A stretch of 64,000 nucleotides of DNA from a virus: the IMG/VR virus record IMGVR_UViG_3300045988_080781. One strand, written 5' to 3'. The notes below the pieces were generated by a model that was given only the letters and a program-made list of their open reading frames with translations, made no database searches and had not been told where the DNA came from. The first letter of the stretch is position 1; every line of letters starts with the position of its first letter. Made by a program: the position numbers and the translations under genes. Positions 17,989-26,440 of this stretch are shown here, in pieces.

Positions 17989-18020
17989 TTTGTTTCGGCT
18001 GATGGTATGGACTAAATTTG
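17989..18020 (+). promoter_or_regulatory. candidate Bacteroides-type promoter (-33 TTTG, -7 TAAATTTG) in a 295-bp intergenic region
   Basis: TTTG at 17989-17992 and TAnnTTTG at 18013-18020, 20 nt apart; upstream inverted repeat acccgatttgat / atcaagtcgggt at 17915-17972. Confidence 0.35.
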
Positions 18021-18203
18021 GCTTGTCTTTTACCCTACATTCAATTTTCTGTACTGGAATGAGTAATCCATAAGGCAGAAATTTAAATGGCTTAGAGAGG
18101 CTTAAACAGGCTCAAATTATTCTATATTATATAATATCAAATCATTGTTTATTTAAAAATTAATATTATATTTGCTGAAACAAACAAATTAAAAAGTATT
18201 ATT

Positions 18204-18926
18204 ATGGCTAAACTTATTGGTATTGCTAGAAACAAGCATAATGGTAAAGATACTGCTGCTTGTATGTTGAATTATATTATTCAGAAAGGCACTAAAGCTC
18301 GATATGAAGATTGGTACACTCTTTACGGGCGGACTGGAGTTATGTGTGATTCTAAATGTGTAGTTCATTTTGCAGATTATCCTAAATATATTCTTTCTAA
18401 TATTTTTAATATTGATGTTGATAGATTTTTTAATAATCAATATAAAGATATTCTTTGGTATTGTTTTGATACTAAAATTTTCATTGATGATGCTACTGTA
18501 AGTAAAGAAAAGTATTTTACTATTCTTCCTATACATCTTGCTAATGAGCCGTTATATATTTATTATAATCATAATAATGGTAAAGTTTGTATTAAACTTC
18601 GTACTTTAATGCAATATTTTGGTACTGATGTTATGCGAGCTAATCTTGGTCCTGATGTGTGGGTTAATGTTACTATGGGTATTGCTAATTCTCTTATTAA
18701 AGATTATGGTCATTGTATTATTCCTGATGTTAGATTTAATAATGAAGCTCAAGCTATTACTTGTAGATTAAATGGTGTTATTATTAAAATTAATAGAGAA
18801 CATGAAGCTGATAATCATCCTAGTGAAAATATTGATTTAAAAGGAATTAATTATATCGAAGTTGATAATAATGGTACTTTATTAAACTTGTTCTATAAAC
18901 TAATAGAAGTATGGAGAAAAATATAA
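18204..18926 (+). CDS. deoxynucleoside monophosphate kinase (T4 gp1-like)
   Basis: N-terminus AKLIGIARNKHNGKDTAA matches the T4 gp1 N-terminus KLIFLSGVKRSGKDTTAD. Confidence 0.5.
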   Translation: MAKLIGIARNKHNGKDTAACMLNYIIQKGTKARYEDWYTLYGRTGVMCDSKCVVHFADYPKYILSNIFNIDVDRFFNNQYKDILWYCFDTKIFIDDATVSKEKYFTILPIHLANEPLYIYYNHNNGKVCIKLRTLMQYFGTDVMRANLGPDVWVNVTMGIANSLIKDYGHCIIPDVRFNNEAQAITCRLNGVIIKINREHEADNHPSENIDLKGINYIEVDNNGTLLNLFYKLIEVWRKI

Positions 18927-19195
18927 CTTATCTTTATGTTCTTGAATATTCTGTTGGCAGAATTATTCAAATAGAAATTGAAGATGCTGATGAAAATAAT
19001 ATTAATGATATTCTTGATCATTATAATCTTAAAGAATCTACATGTAGTTATATGTGGATTAATCATAAACTTGAACTTGAAGAAGTTACATTTTGTTCTA
19101 AACAACACAAATGTGCTAATTTTGCACCTTATATTTGTGATGAATATTGTCATTTTGAAGATAAAACTAAACTCAAAAAAGATGCTGAAAGTTAA
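18911..19195 (+). CDS. hypothetical Cys/His-containing protein (94 aa)
   Basis: ORF. Confidence 0.4.
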   Translation: MEKNITYLYVLEYSVGRIIQIEIEDADENNINDILDHYNLKESTCSYMWINHKLELEEVTFCSKQHKCANFAPYICDEYCHFEDKTKLKKDAES

Positions 19196-19358
19196 GTTTA
19201 TTGGTATTGATAGTTTTGGTCGAGAAGTTTATAGAGCTTATAGCGGAGGTATTATTAAAAAACTAGATAATGATTTCTATAGTGTTGCTGACGAATCTGA
19301 TTTCGAAAGTGAACCCTATGCTAAACTTAATTCTAGTAAAATCGAAGTTGTAAGATAA
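19182..19358 (+). CDS. small hypothetical protein
   Basis: ATG at 19182 within the ORF 18978-19358 frame. Confidence 0.3.
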   Translation: MLKVKFIGIDSFGREVYRAYSGGIIKKLDNDFYSVADESDFESEPYAKLNSSKIEVVR

Positions 19359-19370
19359 ATTAAACTTATT

Positions 19371-19631
19371 ATGGCTAATTATAGTACTGTAAAATCTAAA
19401 AGATTTATTGAATTTTATCAGCAATATAAAAACGGAGAATATGCTCCTTGTCTTGGAGTTAATTCAGTTATCACTGTTGATAATCGTTGGAATAATTCTT
19501 CTATTGAAGATTATGCTCGTAGGTTTCCTTATAAACCTGAAACTGCTGTAGCCTTCAAGATATGTAGTGGTACTCGTATTCTTGATTGTAAACCTATTAC
19601 TGAACTTATTTATTTAAAATATAAAAAATAA
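19371..19631 (+). CDS. hypothetical protein (86 aa)
   Basis: ORF with a tattATG start context. Confidence 0.5.
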   Translation: MANYSTVKSKRFIEFYQQYKNGEYAPCLGVNSVITVDNRWNNSSIEDYARRFPYKPETAVAFKICSGTRILDCKPITELIYLKYKK

Positions 19632-19637
19632 AATATT

Positions 19638-19820
19638 ATGTCAAATTGTCCAAGTTGTTTCAAACCTGTTGCTCGTCTTGAAGGAGCAATCAAAGTAAAT
19701 CGTAATCCTAAAGCGTTTATTAATCTTTCTAAGAAAAAACGTAAAGAAATTAGTGGTCAATCTAGACGTGTTAATTGGCTTATGACTAAACTTAGTCGTC
19801 TAAAAGAAATTATTAGTTAA
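19638..19820 (+). CDS. small basic zinc-ribbon-like protein
   Basis: CPSCFKP near the N-terminus; basic C-terminus. Confidence 0.45.
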   Translation: MSNCPSCFKPVARLEGAIKVNRNPKAFINLSKKKRKEISGQSRRVNWLMTKLSRLKEIIS

Positions 19821-19821
19821 T

Positions 19822-20058
19822 ATGAAAAGGATTATTGATAATTATGGTGATCGACGTAAAGTTTTAATTGACGGTCAATATGTTGAAATAGAATACGTTC
19901 CTGATGGCAAAATTGATAATGAATCTGCATGTTCTAAATGTATTCTTAATGGTCATCCCGAATGTCCTCGTGTAGAATGTTCTTCTACTATGCGTGAAGA
20001 TTCTAAAGGAGGTTACTATGTGGAAGTTAAACATAATAGCTCTGGCAAGAACAATTAG
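19822..20058 (+). CDS. small Cys-rich protein
   Basis: CSKCILNGHPECPRVECSS. Confidence 0.45.
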   Translation: MKRIIDNYGDRRKVLIDGQYVEIEYVPDGKIDNESACSKCILNGHPECPRVECSSTMREDSKGGYYVEVKHNSSGKNN

Positions 20059-20195
20059 ACTTAATGTCGGTAATAAGATTAGTCGTAAGAATAGAGAAAA
20101 ACTTACGGCTATTCTTATTAGATATAATATTTATAATGGCAGAAAATGTATAAGTAAAACTGAATTTAATGATTCTATTAAACGTATAAATAAGT

Positions 20196-20972
20196 ATGAA
20201 ACAAAGTTTATTTGCAATAGAGAGTCGTTATCAAGCAATAATTGAAGAACTTGAAAATAATGGTGGAGAACTTACAGATGAATTAGCTGAAGAACTCGCT
20301 ATTACTGAACAAGATCTTACTAATAAACTAGATAGTTATCGTAAAGCCATGCAAATACTTGAAGGTGAACAAGATACTATTAAAGTTGAAATTGAACGAC
20401 TTCGTGGTATTAGTAAAACAAAAGATAATACTATCAAAAGGCTTAAAACTTCTGCTCTTGATGCTGTATTAAAATTTGGAGATGTTGGTAAATCTGGAAA
20501 TAAAACTATAGTTCTTCCTGATTGTAAATTTTTTACTGTTAATACTAAAAGTGTACAACTAGATGAAAATAAAATTAATCTTCTTGGCGAAATATTTGTT
20601 AGCATTCTTAGTGATTTGTATAATAATGATATGCTTGATCATGATACTTTTATTGGGAATGATTATACTAATACCGATCTTGTTAATAGGATTAATGAAG
20701 TTTATCTTGAACGTACTGGGGATCAAGATTTTAAATATACAGTAGATGATTTATATTGTGTTGAAATAAATTATAGTGTTAATATTGTTCCTTATCAATT
20801 ACTTTCAAATCCTTCTGTTATTGATGTTATTAAATGTTATCTTGATACTAAAGATAGTGCTACTTTAGTCACATCTATAAGTAAAACTACTGCTAAAACT
20901 TATATTGAAAATCCAAATATTGATTTCAATCTTGGAGAAATTGTTGTCGAACCATCATTAAGAATTAAATAA
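20196..20972 (+). CDS. hypothetical protein (258 aa)
   Basis: Clean ORF. Confidence 0.5.
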   Translation: MKQSLFAIESRYQAIIEELENNGGELTDELAEELAITEQDLTNKLDSYRKAMQILEGEQDTIKVEIERLRGISKTKDNTIKRLKTSALDAVLKFGDVGKSGNKTIVLPDCKFFTVNTKSVQLDENKINLLGEIFVSILSDLYNNDMLDHDTFIGNDYTNTDLVNRINEVYLERTGDQDFKYTVDDLYCVEINYSVNIVPYQLLSNPSVIDVIKCYLDTKDSATLVTSISKTTAKTYIENPNIDFNLGEIVVEPSLRIK

Positions 20973-20975
20973 TAT

Positions 20976-22049
20976 ATGGCTAAATTTGGTGTTATAGGTA
21001 TGCCTTGGCAATGTGCTGGGGCTATCAATGTTGAAGATTGTAAGACTAGTGAAGAAGTAATGAATAAAGCTGGTCTTAATTTTCATGTTGAAAAGACTAA
21101 TATGGTTGCTGAAATGCCTATGAGAGATTTCAGTGATAAAGAACTTGATAGAATTAATGAGGATATAGCTAAAGGTAATGCTTTCCTACGGGGAAACAAA
21201 CTTTATCGCACCGCTCCCAATGCTTTCACTACATATCGTACTGATTATAATATTCCTCTTGGTTCTGTAAAAAGTAAGTATACTGTTGTTCAAAATAATG
21301 TAGCTTTTAACTTTTTTGATGATGCTATTGGAAAAGATAAAGCTATTTGGCAAACAGCTGGTGCATGGGGTAATGGTGAACGTATATTTGTTAGTTGTAA
21401 ATTACCTAACAATATTCTTGTTCATGGCGATCCTGTTGAGACTTATCTTGTATTTACAAATAGTCATGATGGAAGTTCTGGAGTTAAGATTTTATTTACT
21501 CCTATTCGTGTTATTTGTCAAAATACTTTGAACGCAGCTATTCGTACTGCTCAAAATTTTGTTACATTTAAACATACTAAACAAGTTCATAATAAGATTG
21601 CTATTGCTCAAGAAATTCTTGGTATAAGTAAACAATATGCTGAACATACTCAAGAATGTTATAATCATCTTGCTTCTATTAAAATGGATGATAATGCTGT
21701 TATTCAATATCTTTGTGAACAATTTATGAGTGAAGAAGAAAAAACAAAACTTCTTCAATCTAATTATACATTTAAAGATATTGTTAATAGAAAATGGATG
21801 GCTATTGAATCTAGTGATCTTAGTATGCGTAAAGCTAATCAAATTAGTGATACTTGGAAGTATTATAATGAAGGTCCCGGTCAACAAGAAATTATAGGTA
21901 CTGCTTGGGGTGCAATGAATGCTGTTAGTGGTTACTTTAGTAATGTTGATACTTCTGTTGAAGGAATTAAACGACTTGATTCCTTATTATATGGAGATAA
22001 AGCGAAGAAAATTCAAGCTGCTTCTGAAGCTGCTTTAATACTTCAATAA
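20976..22049 (+). CDS. hypothetical protein (357 aa)
   Basis: Clean ORF; contains a partial motif copy FLRGN. Confidence 0.55.
   Translation: MAKFGVIGMPWQCAGAINVEDCKTSEEVMNKAGLNFHVEKTNMVAEMPMRDFSDKELDRINEDIAKGNAFLRGNKLYRTAPNAFTTYRTDYNIPLGSVKSKYTVVQNNVAFNFFDDAIGKDKAIWQTAGAWGNGERIFVSCKLPNNILVHGDPVETYLVFTNSHDGSSGVKILFTPIRVICQNTLNAAIRTAQNFVTFKHTKQVHNKIAIAQEILGISKQYAEHTQECYNHLASIKMDDNAVIQYLCEQFMSEEEKTKLLQSNYTFKDIVNRKWMAIESSDLSMRKANQISDTWKYYNEGPGQQEIIGTAWGAMNAVSGYFSNVDTSVEGIKRLDSLLYGDKAKKIQAASEAALILQ
21185..21193 (+). repeat. dispersed GC-rich motif, partial variant (CCTACGGGGAAAC)
   Basis: read directly. Confidence 0.4.
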
Positions 22050-22064
22050 ACTTTTAAAAGCAAA

Positions 22065-22667
22065 ATGGAAAAAATTAATGTTCAATCTGAAATAACTGTT
22101 AAGATAAAAAGAGTTCATCCTGATGCTGTTATTCCTACTTATAGTCATAAAGGTGATATGGGAATGGATGTTACAGCTGTAGATATGAAATATGACAGAG
22201 AACATGACTGTTGGATTTATGATACTGGTCTTGTTGTTGAAATTCCTGCTGGATATGCAATGCTTGTATTTCCTAGAAGTTCTATAAGAAATAAAAACGG
22301 ATTTCAAACAAATGCTGTAGGAATAATTGATTCTGGTTATAGAGGTCATTTGTATTGTACTTTTAAAACTATTGATAGTACTAATACAATTATTAAAGTA
22401 TTTAGTCTTTGTAAATTTGTTGAATCTGTTGCTTCTGATTTGGATGATTATCCTTTAGAAACTATTGCTGGATCAAATATTACTACTACTAATTCTCTTA
22501 AAGATAAAATTGAAGAATTAATTGTTCCTCCTTATAATGTAGGAGAACGTATTGCTCAAGTTGTTATTATGCCTTATCCAAAAGTTAATTTTGTTGAGGT
22601 AGAATCTGATTATGAATTTGTAAAAAGTGATAGAGGAGAAGGTGGTCATGGAAGCTCAGGCAATTAA
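22065..22667 (+). CDS. dut: dUTP diphosphatase (trimeric type) with an insertion of about 55 aa between motifs 3 and 4
   Basis: Motif 2 PRSS, motif 3 GIIDSGYRG, motif 4 ERIAQ, motif 5 RGEGGHGSSG. Confidence 0.85.
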   Translation: MEKINVQSEITVKIKRVHPDAVIPTYSHKGDMGMDVTAVDMKYDREHDCWIYDTGLVVEIPAGYAMLVFPRSSIRNKNGFQTNAVGIIDSGYRGHLYCTFKTIDSTNTIIKVFSLCKFVESVASDLDDYPLETIAGSNITTTNSLKDKIEELIVPPYNVGERIAQVVIMPYPKVNFVEVESDYEFVKSDRGEGGHGSSGN

Positions 22668-22875
22668 TAATATTATAAATCTTCAATTATTTGGTCATTA
22701 TTATCATAATAAAACTAACAATCTTTATATTGTTACTAAGTTTGTTAAAGTAAAACAAGGTGATACTTGGGTTGATGGAGTTGAATATTCTCCAGTTTTT
22801 GCTGATAGTAATGGTCAAATGCCTACTTATGTTAGAACTTTGTCTAATTTTTTATCTAGTTTTAGAAATGCTTAA
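22627..22875 (+). CDS. small hypothetical protein
   Basis: ORF overlapping the dut 3' end. Confidence 0.3.
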   Translation: MIEEKVVMEAQAINNIINLQLFGHYYHNKTNNLYIVTKFVKVKQGDTWVDGVEYSPVFADSNGQMPTYVRTLSNFLSSFRNA

Positions 22876-23206
22876 ACTTTATATATTTACAACTCGTGGA
22901 TGTATGACTTCTGAAATAATGGTAGAACGTCTTGAACAAGCTATTTCTGATCTTCAGCTTGATGATGAAGTTAAAGTATTTGGAAAAGCTGTTGAATTAA
23001 ATCTTCATCTTGCAAAAGATTGTAGAATTAAAGATGTTCCTACTATTGTTTGTTCTGATGATCCTATGTGTCGTCTTGAAGGTCTTGCAAATCCTAAAAA
23101 GATACGTGATTTTCTTAAAGAAGTTATTGATATACGTAAAATAAATAAAGAAGAAAGACCTGATTCTTATAGTGATATTAATCCTACTCCTCACAGATAT
23201 GGTTAA
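22868..23206 (+). CDS. small thioredoxin-fold-like protein (tentative)
   Basis: ATG at 22868 (MLKLYIFTTRGCMTSE...VPTIV); CxxS-like motif plus a cis-Pro-like VPT segment. Confidence 0.3.
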   Translation: MLKLYIFTTRGCMTSEIMVERLEQAISDLQLDDEVKVFGKAVELNLHLAKDCRIKDVPTIVCSDDPMCRLEGLANPKKIRDFLKEVIDIRKINKEERPDSYSDINPTPHRYG

Positions 23207-23459
23207 ATTAGATTTTTATACTAAACATGGTTGTATTGGTTGTAAAATAATGTATAATACAATCACTAATATCATGGTTAATGGTGATATTCCTTTAAAG
23301 ATTAACACTATTATAGTTAAAGATCAAAATGCAATGCCATGTCCAACTATAATTATTAATGGTGATACTGAAAATAAAATAGTAGGAACTTGTACTAAGA
23401 AATATCTTGAAACTATACTTAAAAAATATAATAAAGATGACGATAGAGGAGAAGTTTAA
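23199..23459 (+). CDS. glutaredoxin/NrdH-like redoxin
   Basis: CIGC (CxxC) near the N-terminus and CPTIIING downstream. Confidence 0.45.
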   Translation: MVKLDFYTKHGCIGCKIMYNTITNIMVNGDIPLKINTIIVKDQNAMPCPTIIINGDTENKIVGTCTKKYLETILKKYNKDDDRGEV

Positions 23460-24672
23460 TAAAATAGAACAACTATTTTTTTCAAAGTTTATTAGTTGTG
23501 TCGGTAAGGGTGATATAAAAGGTACTTATATTCCTTACGAAAGAATTGATGCTAATGGTAAAGTATATGTAGGAGATGGAACTATTAATATAGCTTATTA
23601 TCTTACTATGCTTTATAATAAATATAAATATTATTCTTATATAGGCAAAGATACTACTGATATTAAATCCGGAATGTTATTTACACTTCGTACTCTTTTT
23701 CGACTTACTAATAATGCTTATTATTATTTTTCAAATGCTTTTAAAGATAATACTGAAATAGTTGGAGAAAAAGTAAATGGATTCTTTTTAAGAGATGATG
23801 TTGATGATAGTCATATTGTTTCTAATTATACAATGCTGACTACTCCTGCGAATGAAGATCCTTGTCATAGTTCTTTTGTTAGTCAAGATCAAGTTTGGAA
23901 TCTTAATCCTATACTTTATCGACTTTTTAAAGCTTTTTATAAAAAAGATAATGGATCTGATAATATTGGAACTAGAGCTTATCTCTTTGGTTGGTTTATA
24001 AATGAATATATTATGCATTATAATTATACAATTTATAATCCATATCTTAGTAAAGCTTTTCATTTCTTTACATATTGTCCTACTTTTAATACCGATAAAG
24101 TAAAACCTTGGAATCGTCGAGCTGATAGAAAAGCAAATTATAAACCTAAAATCAAGGTTAAACGTGGTGCTAATAATTGGTATTATTCTGGTGGTACTAA
24201 AGCTGCTTATAAAGTATTTGATGGTACTCCTGAAAAAGTAGGAAAATCTTTTAGAGAATTTATTTATAAAGGTATTGTATTTACATTAGATAGAATATAT
24301 GAACCTATTTATCGTATTATCACTGGTAATGATTTCAAGCATAACAGTTATTATTGTTACGCTGCTACATCAGGAATATGGTACAATGCTAACTATAGAG
24401 AAAGATTTGCAAAACGATTTAATGAAAGTCTTACGGATTCGATTGCTAAAGGAACTGAACTCTTTGAGGCAAATATTGCCCCGCTTGTTCTTGGCACTGA
24501 TTCTGTTGATATTGACAATCTTCGTGCTTATCTTAATGCTGTACCTGAACCTGCAACCTCTGGCGAATTAATAAGCCCAGTCCTCGATTTATCATTATGG
24601 TATTGGTACTTGTATATGAATGAAATAGACAAGGCAAATATCACATCTGAGGCACTTTCAAAAGCGAATTGA
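23407..24672 (+). CDS. hypothetical protein (421 aa)
   Basis: Long clean ORF; Tyr/Asn-rich. Confidence 0.55.
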   Translation: MKLYLKNIIKMTIEEKFNKIEQLFFSKFISCVGKGDIKGTYIPYERIDANGKVYVGDGTINIAYYLTMLYNKYKYYSYIGKDTTDIKSGMLFTLRTLFRLTNNAYYYFSNAFKDNTEIVGEKVNGFFLRDDVDDSHIVSNYTMLTTPANEDPCHSSFVSQDQVWNLNPILYRLFKAFYKKDNGSDNIGTRAYLFGWFINEYIMHYNYTIYNPYLSKAFHFFTYCPTFNTDKVKPWNRRADRKANYKPKIKVKRGANNWYYSGGTKAAYKVFDGTPEKVGKSFREFIYKGIVFTLDRIYEPIYRIITGNDFKHNSYYCYAATSGIWYNANYRERFAKRFNESLTDSIAKGTELFEANIAPLVLGTDSVDIDNLRAYLNAVPEPATSGELISPVLDLSLWYWYLYMNEIDKANITSEALSKAN

Positions 24673-24693
24673 TTAATTGTATTACCCAGCCTG

Positions 24694-25167
24694 TTGGATG
24701 CGTCTAACAGGCTGAAATTAAGTCAAATTATATTATATATTATGAACGTTGGTAAAGAAGGTTGGTATAATCTTACAGATGAACAAAAAACTGAAGTTCT
24801 TAAACAATATATTAAGGATATTAAGTTTGATAATATTGATTATGCCAAAATGCGAAAAAGAAGAAAATATGTAGAAGAACATCTTGGTAAAGTATCTACG
24901 CTTTATTCAGGTCTTCAAAATCCTTGTTTAGTTCTTTCATGTCCTGATGAAAATATGACCGATATAATATATAGTCTTCTATTTCATAATGTTGAAGTAG
25001 AAAATGTTTATAAAGGACCTGTTCCTATTATTGGTTATTTTGTTGATGCTATTTATAATGATCCTGCTTCTTTAGCTGGATTTGATGAAGACGAAAAGAA
25101 AATAATAACTCAAGCTGTTCAAATACTTAAAGATAAAGGTTGTTATGACAGTAAAAGAATTAATTAA
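24694..25167 (+). CDS. hypothetical protein (157 aa)
   Basis: ORF. Confidence 0.5.
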   Translation: MDASNRLKLSQIILYIMNVGKEGWYNLTDEQKTEVLKQYIKDIKFDNIDYAKMRKRRKYVEEHLGKVSTLYSGLQNPCLVLSCPDENMTDIIYSLLFHNVEVENVYKGPVPIIGYFVDAIYNDPASLAGFDEDEKKIITQAVQILKDKGCYDSKRIN

Positions 25168-25283
25168 TGAACTTAGTTATTGCGATAGCGACGCTGTTGT
25201 TCGTCTTGACGGAACTGAGGAAATTGTTATAGGTAATTATGAAGATACTGATGGATATGGTAATGCAGCTGTTTATTTAGAAG

Positions 25284-25487
25284 TTGATAAATATAGACAA
25301 TATGAAAACTAGTAAACTTGTACATGACCATTATGGTTATTATGCAATATGTCCTTATTGTGAAGAAGCTGAACCTTTAACAGATGCTTCTCTTGGAACT
25401 CTCGAAACTGAAGGAGAAACTCATATTGATTGTTCTGTTTGTAATAGAACTTTCAAAGTTGTTGGTAAATATAAACCTAATTATTAA
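25284..25487 (+). CDS. zinc-ribbon protein (67 aa)
   Basis: CPYCEE ... CSVCNRTF. Confidence 0.5.
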   Translation: MINIDNMKTSKLVHDHYGYYAICPYCEEAEPLTDASLGTLETEGETHIDCSVCNRTFKVVGKYKPNY

Positions 25488-25502
25488 TTTAAATTTAAAG
25501 TT

Positions 25503-26156
25503 ATGTCTAAATTTATTGGCGTAAAAATGATTGAAGCAACTCCTATGATTGCAGGAGATGCTAAAGCTAAAGGTTACAAAACAAGTAATTATCCAGATAC
25601 TGAAAATGGTTATGAAGTAACTTATCCAGATGGATATAAATCTTGGAGTCCAGCAAGTGTATTTGAGAAATCTTATTATAAACTTGCAGATCCTGTTGGG
25701 GATACTCTTAAAGAAGAAGATATTGAAAGATTTATTGGTAATATTGAAAACTTTAAAGTTGGATCTAAAACAACTAATACTACTCTTACTTGTCTTACTG
25801 GATTTGAAGTTCATGGTCAAGCATCTTGTGTTAAGCCTGAAAATTTTGATTTGAATATTGGTTCGAATTATGCTAAAATTAAAGCTGAAGATAAGATTTG
25901 GGAATGTCTTGGATTTGTTCTTCAATGGGCTAAATATGGTCTTAAAGCTAAAGTTATTCCACCTCATGTTTCTCGTATGATTAAAGAACGTGATGAACTT
26001 CAAGCTAAAATTGTAAAACTTAATAAAATTATTAATGAAAGTGTCGCATTTCAAATGCTTTCTGACGATGAAAGATATGATATAGTATGTCAATCTAAAG
26101 CTATGGATGATTATCTTAATTATCTTTCTAAACGTATTAAAAGAGCTGGATATTAA
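25503..26156 (+). CDS. hypothetical protein (217 aa); last gene of the plus-strand block
   Basis: Clean ORF. Confidence 0.55.
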   Translation: MSKFIGVKMIEATPMIAGDAKAKGYKTSNYPDTENGYEVTYPDGYKSWSPASVFEKSYYKLADPVGDTLKEEDIERFIGNIENFKVGSKTTNTTLTCLTGFEVHGQASCVKPENFDLNIGSNYAKIKAEDKIWECLGFVLQWAKYGLKAKVIPPHVSRMIKERDELQAKIVKLNKIINESVAFQMLSDDERYDIVCQSKAMDDYLNYLSKRIKRAGY

Positions 26157-26185
26157 GTTCCTAATTACGAACATAGTGCTTGTTT

Positions 26186-26197
26186 CCCTGTAAAGGA
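26186..26197 (-). repeat. dispersed GC-rich motif, variant copy
   Basis: plus strand reads ccctgtaaagga; intergenic. Confidence 0.5.
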
Positions 26198-26256
26198 TGT
26201 GTATGCTGAGCCTGATGCTGACAATCATGTTAGTGTCAGGCTTTCTTATATACATT

Positions 26257-26267
26257 CCTCTACGGGG
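26257..26267 (+). repeat. dispersed GC-rich motif, exact copy
   Basis: cctctacgggg; intergenic. Confidence 0.8.
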
Positions 26268-26382
26268 TAAGTACATTAATCTACATGATTTTTATAATTG
26301 AGCTAAAGCTACAAGTAAACCTTGTGGTTTTAGCCCTTTTTTACTGGTTCGGGGAGTTACATTCGGATTTAATGATATAAAT

Positions 26383-26418
26383 AAAGCTGAATCATACTAT
26401 ATAGTATAACCCAGCTTT
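26383..26418. terminator. bidirectional terminator at the convergence point of the two gene blocks
   Basis: Stem aaagctg/cagcttt enclosing the perfect palindrome atactatatagtat; T-runs on both sides (ttatttt rightward, ataaata leftward). Confidence 0.55.
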
Positions 26419-26440
26419 ATTTTAGTATATAAATAAAATA

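Noticed and set aside
19994-20245. 83-aa ORF overlapping both neighbouring genes
   Set aside because: It overlaps the 3' end of 19822-20058 and the 5' end of 20196-20972 in different frames, and it lacks a plausible start context. It is probably spurious.
25377-26276. 299-aa minus-strand ORF antisense to the genes at 25284-26156
   Set aside because: Its sequence is low-complexity I/F/N/K-rich, typical of antisense frames in AT-rich DNA. It overlaps three well-formed plus-strand genes and the terminator region.
2575-26360. tRNA genes in the GC-richer islands (2575-2725, 7610-7700, 17965-18110, 26280-26360)
   Set aside because: By eye I could find no 7-bp acceptor pairing with the correct spacing and no GTTCRANYC T-loop. 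Without a covariance-model scan this is a negative of only moderate strength.
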